DNA of 64,000 nucleotides from a bacterium (lineage in GTDB: Bacteria > Campylobacterota > Campylobacteria > Campylobacterales > Sulfurimonadaceae), in the NCBI GenBank assembly GCA_018825665.1, contig JAHJEG010000040.1:14897-78896 (forward strand), read 5' to 3'. Below, piece by piece: positions 55,893 to 64,000 of the stretch. The position numbers were made by a program, and so were the translations under genes. The notes beneath the pieces are model-generated. The model was not told the origin of the DNA, did no database searches, and saw only the letters and a program-made list of their open reading frames with translations. Every line of letters begins with the position of its first letter. Positions within the stretch are counted from its first letter, which is position 1.

Positions 55893-56744
55893 TTGAAAAG
55901 AAACATAGAACAGGTACAAACACTTTTAGAAGCTTTGCCTTACATTAAGACGTATACAAATAAAACTTTTGTCATAAAATACGGCGGTTCGGCACAGATA
56001 AATCCGAAGCTGCAGGAGAAGTTTGCTCAGGATATCGTCCTGATGTATCTGGTGGGGATCAAGATAGTAATCGTTCACGGCGGAGGCAATAAAATAAGTG
56101 CGATGCTCGATAGACTGCAGCTCAAGAGTGAGTTTATAGATGGTCTGAGGGTTACGGACGAAAAGAGTATGGAAGTGGTTGAGATGGTGCTCTCTGGAAG
56201 TATAAACAAAGAAATAAGCTCTTTGCTGAATGCGCATGGAGTAAAGGCTCTTGGCATCAGCGGCAAGGATGCGATGTTGTTAAAAGCAAAAGCCATGGAT
56301 AACGGAAAATACGGTTTAGTCGGGGATATTACGGCAATAGACAACAGTGTTGTTAAAAATCTCATAGCCGAAAAATTTATACCTGTAATCGCACCTATCG
56401 CTTCGGGGGAGAGTGTCGGGCATCCAGGCTACAATATCAACGCAGATTTGGCGGCAAGCAAGATTGCAGCGAGTATAGGTGCCGAAAAAATCATATTTAT
56501 GACGGATACACCTGGCGTGTTGGATAATGAAAAAAATCTATTTGATACTCTAAGGGAAGAAGAGATACAAAAACTTAAAGAGGAGGGTGTGATTTTTGGA
56601 GGGATGATACCAAAAGTCGATGCTTGTCTTGAAGCCATAGACGGAGGAGTCAAAAAAGCGCATATTATTGACGGAAGAGTAGAACACGCTTTGATACTTG
56701 AGGTCTTCACAAGCAGCGGAGTGGGCACCGTTATCAAAAAATAG
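55893..56744 (+). CDS. argB: Acetylglutamate kinase
   Basis: TTG start behind an AGAGGTGG Shine-Dalgarno. Motifs VIKYGGSA, VIVHGGG, NINADLAA and GGMIPKV. Confidence 0.92.
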   Translation: MKRNIEQVQTLLEALPYIKTYTNKTFVIKYGGSAQINPKLQEKFAQDIVLMYLVGIKIVIVHGGGNKISAMLDRLQLKSEFIDGLRVTDEKSMEVVEMVLSGSINKEISSLLNAHGVKALGISGKDAMLLKAKAMDNGKYGLVGDITAIDNSVVKNLIAEKFIPVIAPIASGESVGHPGYNINADLAASKIAASIGAEKIIFMTDTPGVLDNEKNLFDTLREEEIQKLKEEGVIFGGMIPKVDACLEAIDGGVKKAHIIDGRVEHALILEVFTSSGVGTVIKK

Positions 56745-56748
56745 AAGC

Positions 56749-57087
56749 CTATTTTTTAAATCTAAAGCCTTCAAGGAGCAGAAGTTCTTTGAGCTTTTCT
56801 TTGAGCTCTCCTTGAAATTCCATCCATCCCTCTTTAAAACTTCCGCCGCATCCCAGCTTTTTTTTCAAGCGTGTAAGCAGTGCGGTTGTAGTATCTCCCG
56901 GCATGTGGAACTGCCCAACAAGAGTAACCGTTTTCCCCCGTCTTTTTTCTTTTTTAAAGACCAGAAAATGTTTTGAAGGCTCCAAAATCTCATCTGAGAT
57001 ATGGCTTTTTCTTGGAGTCTGAACTTCAGCCCAGCCATCCTCTATCTCTGCACCGATAAAAATATCGAGTTTTTTGCCTCTACTCAT
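56749..57087 (-). CDS. SUI1/YciH-family translation initiation factor homologue
   Basis: RRGKTVTLV ... LLTRLKKKLGCGGSFKEGWMEFQGELKEKLKELL matches the SUI1 fold signature. Length is 112 aa. Confidence 0.85.
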   Translation of the reverse strand: MSRGKKLDIFIGAEIEDGWAEVQTPRKSHISDEILEPSKHFLVFKKEKRRGKTVTLVGQFHMPGDTTTALLTRLKKKLGCGGSFKEGWMEFQGELKEKLKELLLLEGFRFKK

Positions 57088-57295
57088 TTTCTTTGCCTAT
57101 ATATTTAAAACGGGGAGTGGCTCTGCCATCAACTTCAATCTCTTCAAAGAACATGGCATACGGTCTTGCCCATAATCCCTCATCCGCATATAAAGCTCTG
57201 TAAAGAACCATCAGCTCCTCTGTCTCGCTGTGTCTGAGCGTATCTATGACCTCGTAACGCATCCCTTTGTAATGTTCATAAATACCCGTTTTCAT
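57080..57295 (-). CDS. DUF1653-family small protein
   Basis: Start taken at MKTGIYEHYKG (57295). YEHYKGMRYEV ... RHSETEELMVLYRALY ... LWARPYAMF is the DUF1653 pattern. Overlaps the SUI1 gene by 8 nt. Confidence 0.7.
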   Translation of the reverse strand: MKTGIYEHYKGMRYEVIDTLRHSETEELMVLYRALYADEGLWARPYAMFFEEIEVDGRATPRFKYIGKENE

Positions 57296-57296
57296 A

Positions 57297-58154
57297 CTAG
57301 ATGACTTTTTGTGCCAACACACTCATGCTTTCTATGCTATAAGAGCTGTTCTTCACGCTCTCAAGAACAGCATCTTTTGAGAGTTCCTTGGCGTTATAGA
57401 CGATGATTACAACTTCATCACCGGATTTTAAAAAAGTGTGTTCGCCGTATTTTGTGTATCGTGTAGCACCGATACTGATAATGGCTTCTTTAGGATTTGC
57501 ACATGCCATGATATACTCTTCAATCGGCTCCAGCGGGCCAAAGTCTTCTTGTGTATTTATTTGGTTGAGCATCCAGTCGAGAAGTTTTTCATAAAAATAA
57601 CTGTAGCCGCTCAGCTCTACGTCTTCTCCATAAGCATGAACCTCTCCGTCTCGTCTGAGAAAACTGCAGATGGAGTATGCATCCATAACTCCGCCAAGTT
57701 CAAATTTGTCGATTTTAATGAGGGTGTTGCTAAAGCCTTTAGTGTCTTCTCCCCAGTTTTTTTTGTCACTGATCTTATCTGCTCCGCTCACGCGCAGTGA
57801 ACAGTCGTTGTATGCGCCAAAATAGCTTGGAGTGATTTTTGATAATCTTCCTGCCGTGTACTCTAAGTCACAGATCAATCCGATTTCAGGTTCCGCCTGT
57901 ACATTCACATCCTCTTTTGGAAGTCTGATATAAGAGCTTGAGAGGGGGTAGGTGCTTAAGATCTCTTTTGCATGCAGAGCTGCCTGGTCCACGGGATTGA
58001 CAGGTTTTGGAAGATAAAAAGGAAACATCCCTTTTGGGGCTGCTTCATCAGCCGTAATGATATCCTTGAAATCTTCAAGTTCACCGGCCTGAGCTAAATG
58101 AAGAGCGAAGTTTCCCGCAATTCCAAGCCCTAGGAATTTTTTATATTTCGCCAT
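57297..58154 (-). CDS. Fumarylacetoacetate-hydrolase-fold (FAH-like) protein, function unknown
   Basis: Start taken at MAKYKKFLG (58154). FAH-like motifs GIAGNFALHLAQAGE, AEPEIGLI (ExE) and YNDCSLR (NDxSxR). Overlaps the ABC-F stop by 14 nt. The longer ORF in the track is an upstream extension. Confidence 0.5.
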   Translation of the reverse strand: MAKYKKFLGLGIAGNFALHLAQAGELEDFKDIITADEAAPKGMFPFYLPKPVNPVDQAALHAKEILSTYPLSSSYIRLPKEDVNVQAEPEIGLICDLEYTAGRLSKITPSYFGAYNDCSLRVSGADKISDKKNWGEDTKGFSNTLIKIDKFELGGVMDAYSICSFLRRDGEVHAYGEDVELSGYSYFYEKLLDWMLNQINTQEDFGPLEPIEEYIMACANPKEAIISIGATRYTKYGEHTFLKSGDEVVIIVYNAKELSKDAVLESVKNSSYSIESMSVLAQKVI

Positions 58155-59745
58155 TTGCTTTTGCCTCTGCAAACTCTTCGTAGGTTCCTTTAAAGTCTGT
58201 ATAGCTTCCATCGTCATGAAGTTCAATAATACGGTTCGCAAAAGCATCAAGAAGTTCACGGTCATGAGACACACAGATAACATTCCCTTTGAAATTGTAA
58301 AGAGCTTCTCCAAGCGCTACGATCGCCTCAAGGTCAAGGTGGTTTGAAGGTTCATCAAGAACCAAAAAGTTTCCGCCCTCAAGCATCATCTTGCTAAGCA
58401 TCATTCTGTGTTTTTCACCACCTGAGATACTTACAACCGATTTTTCCTGCTGTTCTCCGTTAAAGAGCATACGACCCAGACAGTTTCTAATCTCTGCTAT
58501 ATCTCTTTTTGGATCAAAGCCTCTCAGCCAGTCGTAAAGAGTTCCTTCGCCTTTGATGATGTCTGCCGTATCCTGAGGAAAATAGGAGTTCTCAATTGTA
58601 GCACCCCAGTGAATTTCACCTGCAGAAGGCTTCATCTCTTCCATGATTATCTTTAGAAGCGTTGTCTTACCGGCACCGTTTGGTCCTATAAGTGCAACTT
58701 TTTCATCCGGAATAAATTTGAGGGAGATATCTTTTAACACCTCATTGTCGCCGTAGGAGTGAGAGATGTTCTTCACTTCCAGCGCTTCATCACCCATAGT
58801 TCTTTTTGCTTTGAAAACGATGCTCGGATCACGGCGTGATGATGGTTTAATATCTTCGATTACAAGTTTTTCAAGTTGTTTTTGTCTTGATGTCGCCTGT
58901 TTTGCTTTTGATGCATTTGCACTAAATCTGCGAACGAAGGCTTCAAGCTGTTCTTTCTCTTTCTCTTTCTTTGCATTGTCAAGTTCGTTTTGTTTTGCGA
59001 TAACGTTTGCAGCGATATACCAGTCATCAAAGTTACCTGTAAACTCACGGATTTTTTGATAATCTACATCCAGAATATTCGTAACAACGGCATTTAAAAA
59101 GTGTCTATCGTGTGAAATCACAACCATAGTCCCTTCATGGCGCTGAAGCTCGTTTTCCAGCCAGCTGATTGTTTCAATATCAAGGTTGTTCGTAGGCTCA
59201 TCCAGGAATAGTACATCAGGTTTAGGGTATAAAACCTGGGCAAGCAGAACCTTGAATTTATCAGCACTGTCAAGGCTTGACATCAAGTCGTTGTGCTGAT
59301 CGGCAGGGATACCTACATTTTCAAGTATCTTGGCGATATTTACGTCATACTCATACGTAGGGTCTTCTTCAACACAGATAACTTCCAAGTCGGCAAGACG
59401 GTTATTTACGGCATCATCTTCAAAATCACCGCTCATATAAAGCTCTTCTTTTTCTTTTATAGCATCATAGAGTCTTTTATTCCCATAAAGAACGGCGTCC
59501 ATGATCGTATAGTTTTCATAAGCATATTGATTTTGACCCAAGACACCGACTTTGTTCGCTTTTGGGATGATTACCTCACCCTCAAACTCATTAATCTGTC
59601 CGGATAGTATTTTTAAAAAAGTTGTTTTACCGGCACCGTTTGCACCGATAAGGCCATATCTTTTATGACGGTCCAATTTTAAGTTGATATCTTGAAACAG
59701 CACTCTGTTTCCGTATCTCATTGTTAAGTTTTGTACAGTTACCAT
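58141..59745 (-). CDS. ABC-F family ATPase (YbiT-like, two ABC domains, no TM domain)
   Basis: Two Walker A motifs (GANGAGKTT, GPNGAGKTT), two Walker B motifs (LFLDEPTNNLD, LVLDEPSNHLD), and a basic interdomain linker. Confidence 0.9.
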   Translation of the reverse strand: MVTVQNLTMRYGNRVLFQDINLKLDRHKRYGLIGANGAGKTTFLKILSGQINEFEGEVIIPKANKVGVLGQNQYAYENYTIMDAVLYGNKRLYDAIKEKEELYMSGDFEDDAVNNRLADLEVICVEEDPTYEYDVNIAKILENVGIPADQHNDLMSSLDSADKFKVLLAQVLYPKPDVLFLDEPTNNLDIETISWLENELQRHEGTMVVISHDRHFLNAVVTNILDVDYQKIREFTGNFDDWYIAANVIAKQNELDNAKKEKEKEQLEAFVRRFSANASKAKQATSRQKQLEKLVIEDIKPSSRRDPSIVFKAKRTMGDEALEVKNISHSYGDNEVLKDISLKFIPDEKVALIGPNGAGKTTLLKIIMEEMKPSAGEIHWGATIENSYFPQDTADIIKGEGTLYDWLRGFDPKRDIAEIRNCLGRMLFNGEQQEKSVVSISGGEKHRMMLSKMMLEGGNFLVLDEPSNHLDLEAIVALGEALYNFKGNVICVSHDRELLDAFANRIIELHDDGSYTDFKGTYEEFAEAKANGEI

Positions 59746-59831
59746 TATTCACTCTTATTTTAGGCATCGGATAGGAACAGCCCATTATTTTTGCGAATTG
59801 TATCCAATGCTTGTTTAAAAGACGATTACTG

Positions 59832-61112
59832 CTAGTTGCCCAAATAAAGTTGTCTAGGTCTTGCAATTTTCATTGTTTTGTCTTTTTTGAACTCTATCCA
59901 CTGGGTTATCCATCCCACGGTTCGGCCAATAACAAAAACGGGGGTAAACATATTTTTTGGTATTTTCAAGGCTGTTAAAATCACGCCGGAATAAAAATCA
60001 ATATTGGGATAAAGTTTTCTGCTTACAAAATACTCATCATTTAATGCGATCTCTTCAATCTTGTTTGCGATTTGCATAAGATTTGAATCAAGCTCCAGCT
60101 CGTCTTTGAGCTGGTCCTGAAGACCTTTTAGAATCTTTGCTCTTGGATCGAAGTTCTTATATACCCTATGCCCAAAGCCCATAAGTCTGAAACTGTCGTT
60201 TGGGTCTTTTGCGCGGGCTATAAACTTGTCGACATTCTCGACGCTTCCTATCATCTCAAGTTGGGCGATGACAGATTCGTTCGCTCCTCCGTGGGCTCTT
60301 CCCCAAAGTGCGGAAATACCCGAACTGATGGCGACATAAGGGTGTGCTCCGGTGGATGCGACACTTCTTACGGTGGTGGTGGAAGCGTTTTGTTCATGGT
60401 CGGCATGGAGTGTAAAAATAGTATCGAGAGCTTTGATCTCTATCTCTTTTATCTCATCGTTTTTATGGATACCTCTATGCATCTTCCCGCCGGGGTAGGC
60501 TCTAAGCATATATAAGAAATTTTCACTGAAGCTTCTGTCTATGTCGGGCTGGATAAAAGGTGCTCCGATAGAATGTCTGTAAGCAAAGGCTGCAATCGTC
60601 GGCATTTTGGCGATAATTCTTCTTGCCATCTCCTGATACTCCTTTTCATCCGATATGTTCAAATGATCAAAATAAAAAGAGGACAAAGCGGACGTGGTGG
60701 ATGAGAGCGTCGCCATAGGATGGGCATCTGATGGAAAAGCATGGAAGAGGTTTCTTAAGCCCTCATGGATAAAAGAGCGGTGTCTTATCTCCAGATCAAA
60801 ATCATCCGACTCCTCTTTGCCTGGAAGCTTTGAGTTTAAAAGCAGGTAGCACACATCCAAAAAGCTGTGCTTTTGTGCGAGTTCTTCTATCGGTATTCCC
60901 CTGTATCTGAGCTCCCCCTTTGCCCCGTCGATAAAAGTGATATATGATTTACAGCTTGCAGTAGAGGTGTAGCCGTTATCGTAGGTAAACATGCCTGTCT
61001 GGGCATAAAAAGTTGAAATATCTACCACATTGGGACCCCTTGTTGCATCTAATATGTTAAATTCAAATGATTTTCCCGTTCTGTTGTCTGTTATGCTTAT
61101 CGTATCTTTCAT
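59832..61112 (-). CDS. gltA: Citrate synthase (type II)
   Basis: LHADHEQNASTTTVR, the GFGHRVYKNFDPR signature, and a DFYSG motif. Length is 426 aa. Confidence 0.93.
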   Translation of the reverse strand: MKDTISITDNRTGKSFEFNILDATRGPNVVDISTFYAQTGMFTYDNGYTSTASCKSYITFIDGAKGELRYRGIPIEELAQKHSFLDVCYLLLNSKLPGKEESDDFDLEIRHRSFIHEGLRNLFHAFPSDAHPMATLSSTTSALSSFYFDHLNISDEKEYQEMARRIIAKMPTIAAFAYRHSIGAPFIQPDIDRSFSENFLYMLRAYPGGKMHRGIHKNDEIKEIEIKALDTIFTLHADHEQNASTTTVRSVASTGAHPYVAISSGISALWGRAHGGANESVIAQLEMIGSVENVDKFIARAKDPNDSFRLMGFGHRVYKNFDPRAKILKGLQDQLKDELELDSNLMQIANKIEEIALNDEYFVSRKLYPNIDFYSGVILTALKIPKNMFTPVFVIGRTVGWITQWIEFKKDKTMKIARPRQLYLGN

Positions 61113-61246
61113 CTCTTTGCTCCGATGTAAAAATCAAATTTTAAATATTATAGTGGTATATTATTTGGTAAAAGATAAAGAATTGAACTAAAGTGGACGG
61201 CTTTACTTTTTTTTATAAAATTTTTACTAAAAACAAAAGGTTTGGT

Positions 61247-61663
61247 ATGCAGATTCGTGAATTGGACTTAAGGGAGTTGTTCACAGCGTATGATGTTCTG
61301 GTTCAGCTTCGTCCGGAACTATCATACAATGAGTTTGAAGATTTGATATACGATATGAAGCATATGGAATATAAGATGTTGGGAATTTTTGAAGGTGCAC
61401 AACTCATCACCTATGCAGGTGTCGCAGTGCAGACAAACCTTTCTCATAAAAGACATCTCCATATTTATGACCTGATTACGGATACAAGATATAAAACAAA
61501 AAACTACTCGCAGATGATGTTTGAATATCTTCATGATTACGCAAAAATAGCTATGTGTGAAAATATGGTGTTTGCATCTGATATCTCAGAACATGATATC
61601 GGGGAGTTTTGCGTTAAAAACGGATGTGCCAAAAAGCAACATCTGTTTGTAAGAAGTGTTTGA
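61247..61663 (+). CDS. Small GNAT-like acetyltransferase-fold protein (weak assignment)
   Basis: Start taken at MQIRELDL (61247). The length and beta-alpha pattern around YAGVAVQTNLSHKRHLHIYDLITDTRYKTKNYSQMMFEYL resemble GNAT motif A, but the Q/RxxGxG/A motif is degenerate. Confidence 0.4.
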   Translation: MQIRELDLRELFTAYDVLVQLRPELSYNEFEDLIYDMKHMEYKMLGIFEGAQLITYAGVAVQTNLSHKRHLHIYDLITDTRYKTKNYSQMMFEYLHDYAKIAMCENMVFASDISEHDIGEFCVKNGCAKKQHLFVRSV

Positions 61664-61691
61664 TATGCTTTAAGAACAATAGAGATAAGAT

Positions 61692-63224
61692 ATGTGTGAA
61701 AATAACAGAGAAAGAGTGAACGGCTTGAGTATGCATCTTCAAAATTTAATCACCCATCAGATGGCCAAGTACGGTGAGGGGACATTTTTTATCCACGCTA
61801 CGGGGAGTATCTCTTACAAAGAAGTTTTAAACAGGGCGTTGAAAATCTCTTATTTTTTAAGCCTGAAGGGGCTGAAGAAGGGAGATTATCTGCTCCTTCA
61901 TCATGCAACTACCATGGACTCTATTCTTGTGTTTTATGCGACACAATTATTAGGTGTCGTTTTTGTCCCTTTAAATTATGACAGTTCCTATGCCGCGTGT
62001 GAAGAAATAATCCAAAAGACACAGCCCAAGATGTATATAGGCAAATATGAGTTTCATAAAGAGCATTATGAGCTTGATTTTTCAGAGTTCAACACTATCC
62101 TGGAAAAGACAGAGATGGATGACGACTTCATTCATACTCTCCCCCTGATTCTCAAAGAAGATGCCTCCACGGTGTTGTTTACGTCCGGTACGACAGGGAT
62201 TTCAAAAGGGGTGCTCCTCTCTCATGAAACTCTTTATAAAAAAGCAGAATTATTTACACAAAAGTATGAATGGAACGAATCCGACATTCTGCTTAGTTTG
62301 GGGGAGATTCACTCAATCGACCGCTTAAGAAACGGCTGTATCGCTCCGCTTTTCATCGGAAACAGTGTTGTGTTGGATGAGAAAAACAAAAAATTATTTA
62401 CAGACATAGCAAACCTAATTTATCAATACAGATGTACTCTTACAAGTTTTGTTCCCACACTCATCAGGCAATTTATCCGTTTTTTTGATGAAGTTGACAA
62501 AAACAGCCTGGAGTCGCTTCGTTTTATCGGTGTGCCCGGAAATACCTTGACAATGGATGAGAAAGTGCGCTTCATGGAGCTATACAATAAAAAACTTTTG
62601 GCATATTACGGGCTGTCCGAGACGGGAGGATTATGTACCTGTGTCTTGCCTGATGAAGATGTCCAAAAGAGTTATGAAGGCTTTCCTCTTGAGTGTGAAA
62701 TGAAAATCATAGACGAAAATGAAAGGGAAGTTCCACATGGCATCAAAGGGGAGCTTATTATAAAAAGCAGGGTCCCTTTTATGCTTGGATACTTGGAAGA
62801 TACGATGCTGACACAGGCTGCGATTCGAGACAATTGGCTTTATACTTCGGACATAGCATCCATACATCCAAACGGAGCAGTTAGTATTTATGCAAGGAAA
62901 GGCGATGTTTTTAAAAATATCAATGAAGAACTTGTGTATCCTTCTGAGATTGAAAATCTGCTCAGGAGACATCCTCTTGTAAAAGAGTGTGCCGTTTTTG
63001 CCTATGAAGGCAGTTTTAGTGAAACAAGGATTGCCGCTATTATTGGCAGTAATATAGATAAAGAAGATGAACTGGGCTTATTCAAAGAGTTGAGACAGAG
63101 CTGTATCACTCTTTTAGGGAGACAAAAGACCCCCTCTTTTTATAGGATTATAGAAGAATTTCCGATGACACTCAGCGGCAAGATAAAGCGACAAGAATTA
63201 AAAAAACAGTTTTTTACGGAATAA
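61692..63224 (+). CDS. Adenylate-forming enzyme (acyl-CoA synthetase / AMP-ligase superfamily)
   Basis: Core motifs LFTSGTTGISKGV, YGLSETGG, YTSDIA and PMTLSGKIKRQEL. An alternative start is the ATG at 61731. Confidence 0.8.
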   Translation: MCENNRERVNGLSMHLQNLITHQMAKYGEGTFFIHATGSISYKEVLNRALKISYFLSLKGLKKGDYLLLHHATTMDSILVFYATQLLGVVFVPLNYDSSYAACEEIIQKTQPKMYIGKYEFHKEHYELDFSEFNTILEKTEMDDDFIHTLPLILKEDASTVLFTSGTTGISKGVLLSHETLYKKAELFTQKYEWNESDILLSLGEIHSIDRLRNGCIAPLFIGNSVVLDEKNKKLFTDIANLIYQYRCTLTSFVPTLIRQFIRFFDEVDKNSLESLRFIGVPGNTLTMDEKVRFMELYNKKLLAYYGLSETGGLCTCVLPDEDVQKSYEGFPLECEMKIIDENEREVPHGIKGELIIKSRVPFMLGYLEDTMLTQAAIRDNWLYTSDIASIHPNGAVSIYARKGDVFKNINEELVYPSEIENLLRRHPLVKECAVFAYEGSFSETRIAAIIGSNIDKEDELGLFKELRQSCITLLGRQKTPSFYRIIEEFPMTLSGKIKRQELKKQFFTE

Positions 63225-63236
63225 ATATGAAACAGA

Positions 63237-64000
63237 CCCTATCCGATAGCTATGACAGAGCATTACTGAATAAGAGAAAGTCTTTTCTTGTTTTGGACAA
63301 AAATATCACTTATGCGTACACGATAAAAAGAATACAAAAGCTGAGCAGACTGTTTCAGGAGTTGGGTATCAAATCGGGGGATGCGATATCTGTTTTGAGC
63401 GACAATGATGAGGAAGTCAGTTTTATTTTTTTAGCATCTTTGTTAAACGGAATCACCTTTAGTGTCTTGGACCATGACATCAAAGAGGAGCGCTTTAAGG
63501 CGATTGTAAAATCCTATAGACCTGTAAAAATATTTATTGATGCAGAGAAGGCAAAAGCTCTGCATCTCTCTTTATCCGAGTATCCGATGCTTTATATTGA
63601 AAAAAAGTTTACAAAAATATTCACGCTCTTTGCTAAAAAAGATAAAGACAATAGCGGCTACTTTGGCTTACTGCACAAGGCAAAGCCTGTTTCTCCTACA
63701 TTTGATGTTGCATCAAAACACAAAACGGCACTTGTCCTTTTTACGTCGGGAACGACATCCAGGCCAAAAGGGGTGGAACTCAGTTTTAGCAATATATTTT
63801 CCCATCTTGATACTTTGCAAAAAGTTTATAAATACTCGCAGGAGATGCAGATTCTCAATCTCATGCCCTTGTCTCACGCTGATGGACTGCTCCAAGGCAC
63901 ACTTTTGTCTTTTTATACGAATACGACGCTTCACAGACCTTTTAAATTTAAAATACAAAATATGGACATTTTGGCAAACTTGCTTAAAAAACGAAAGATC
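63237..64000 (+). CDS. Second adenylate-forming enzyme, 5' part (runs off the window end)
   Basis: Not in the ORF track because no stop is reached. My translation from the ATG at 63237 is open to 64000. It contains the AMP-binding motif LFTSGTTSRPKGV. Confidence 0.75.

Noticed and set aside
1-64000. Mobile elements, CRISPR arrays, prophage, tRNA/rRNA genes, and defence or toxin-antitoxin systems
   Set aside because: No transposase, integrase, Cas, reverse-transcriptase or nuclease-helicase-like ORFs are visible, and no spaced direct repeats. No intergenic region has both the size and the composition of a tRNA. The small HTH protein at 15958-16170 has no toxin partner. By eye the window behaves as core chromosome.

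Overview
The window is AT-rich, densely coding (about 66 CDS) and looks like core chromosome. Gene content and order point to a Campylobacterota (Epsilonproteobacteria) genome, possibly Sulfurimonas/Sulfurovum-like; this rests on synteny only, with no database search. Supporting signs are the nap order napA-G-H-B-F-L-D, cheV-cheA(REC)-cheW, an M23 peptidase plus bactofilin pair, and TGnTAnAAT extended -10 promoters.

Housekeeping genes recognised from motifs:
- Information processing: leuS (3' fragment), mfd, dnaX, rho, greA, a SUI1/YciH homologue and an ABC-F ATPase.
- Metabolism and envelope: folC, murI, surE, a tcdA-like gene, argC, argB, an lpxH-like gene, pepP and gltA.
- An Mla/MCE lipid-transport cluster.
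- Signalling: cheVAW, two adjacent two-component systems, and four GGDEF/EAL c-di-GMP proteins.

I saw no rRNA, tRNA, CRISPR array, transposase, integrase or recognisable defence gene.

The most unusual region is the periplasmic nitrate reductase locus on the minus strand (about 43.4-54.5 kb):
- A stand-alone Aer-type (FAD-type) PAS gene sits between napL and napD.
- Two acidic ORFs of unknown function are translationally coupled to napD.
- A perfect TTGAC-N4-GTCAA dyad lies at about -41.5 of a predicted napA promoter.
- Directly upstream is a three-gene unit: a 105-aa ORF, a Cys-less Crp/Fnr regulator, and a membrane protein with a PilJ-N/NarX-like sensor domain but no output domain.

Other points worth checking:
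- An A10 run in dnaX with stops close by in both alternative frames.
- A 78-aa Lys-rich H1-like protein behind a perfect consensus sigma70 promoter.
- A chemoreceptor-like protein lacking most of the C-terminal arm of the signalling hairpin.
- A STAS-MlaE fusion with a PqiC-like lipoprotein.
- A binding-protein-like gene coupled to a PAS-GGDEF sensor.
- A GNAT-like gene plus two tandem adenylate-forming enzymes running off the 3' edge.

All functions were assigned by eye from motifs and gene order. No homology searches were run.
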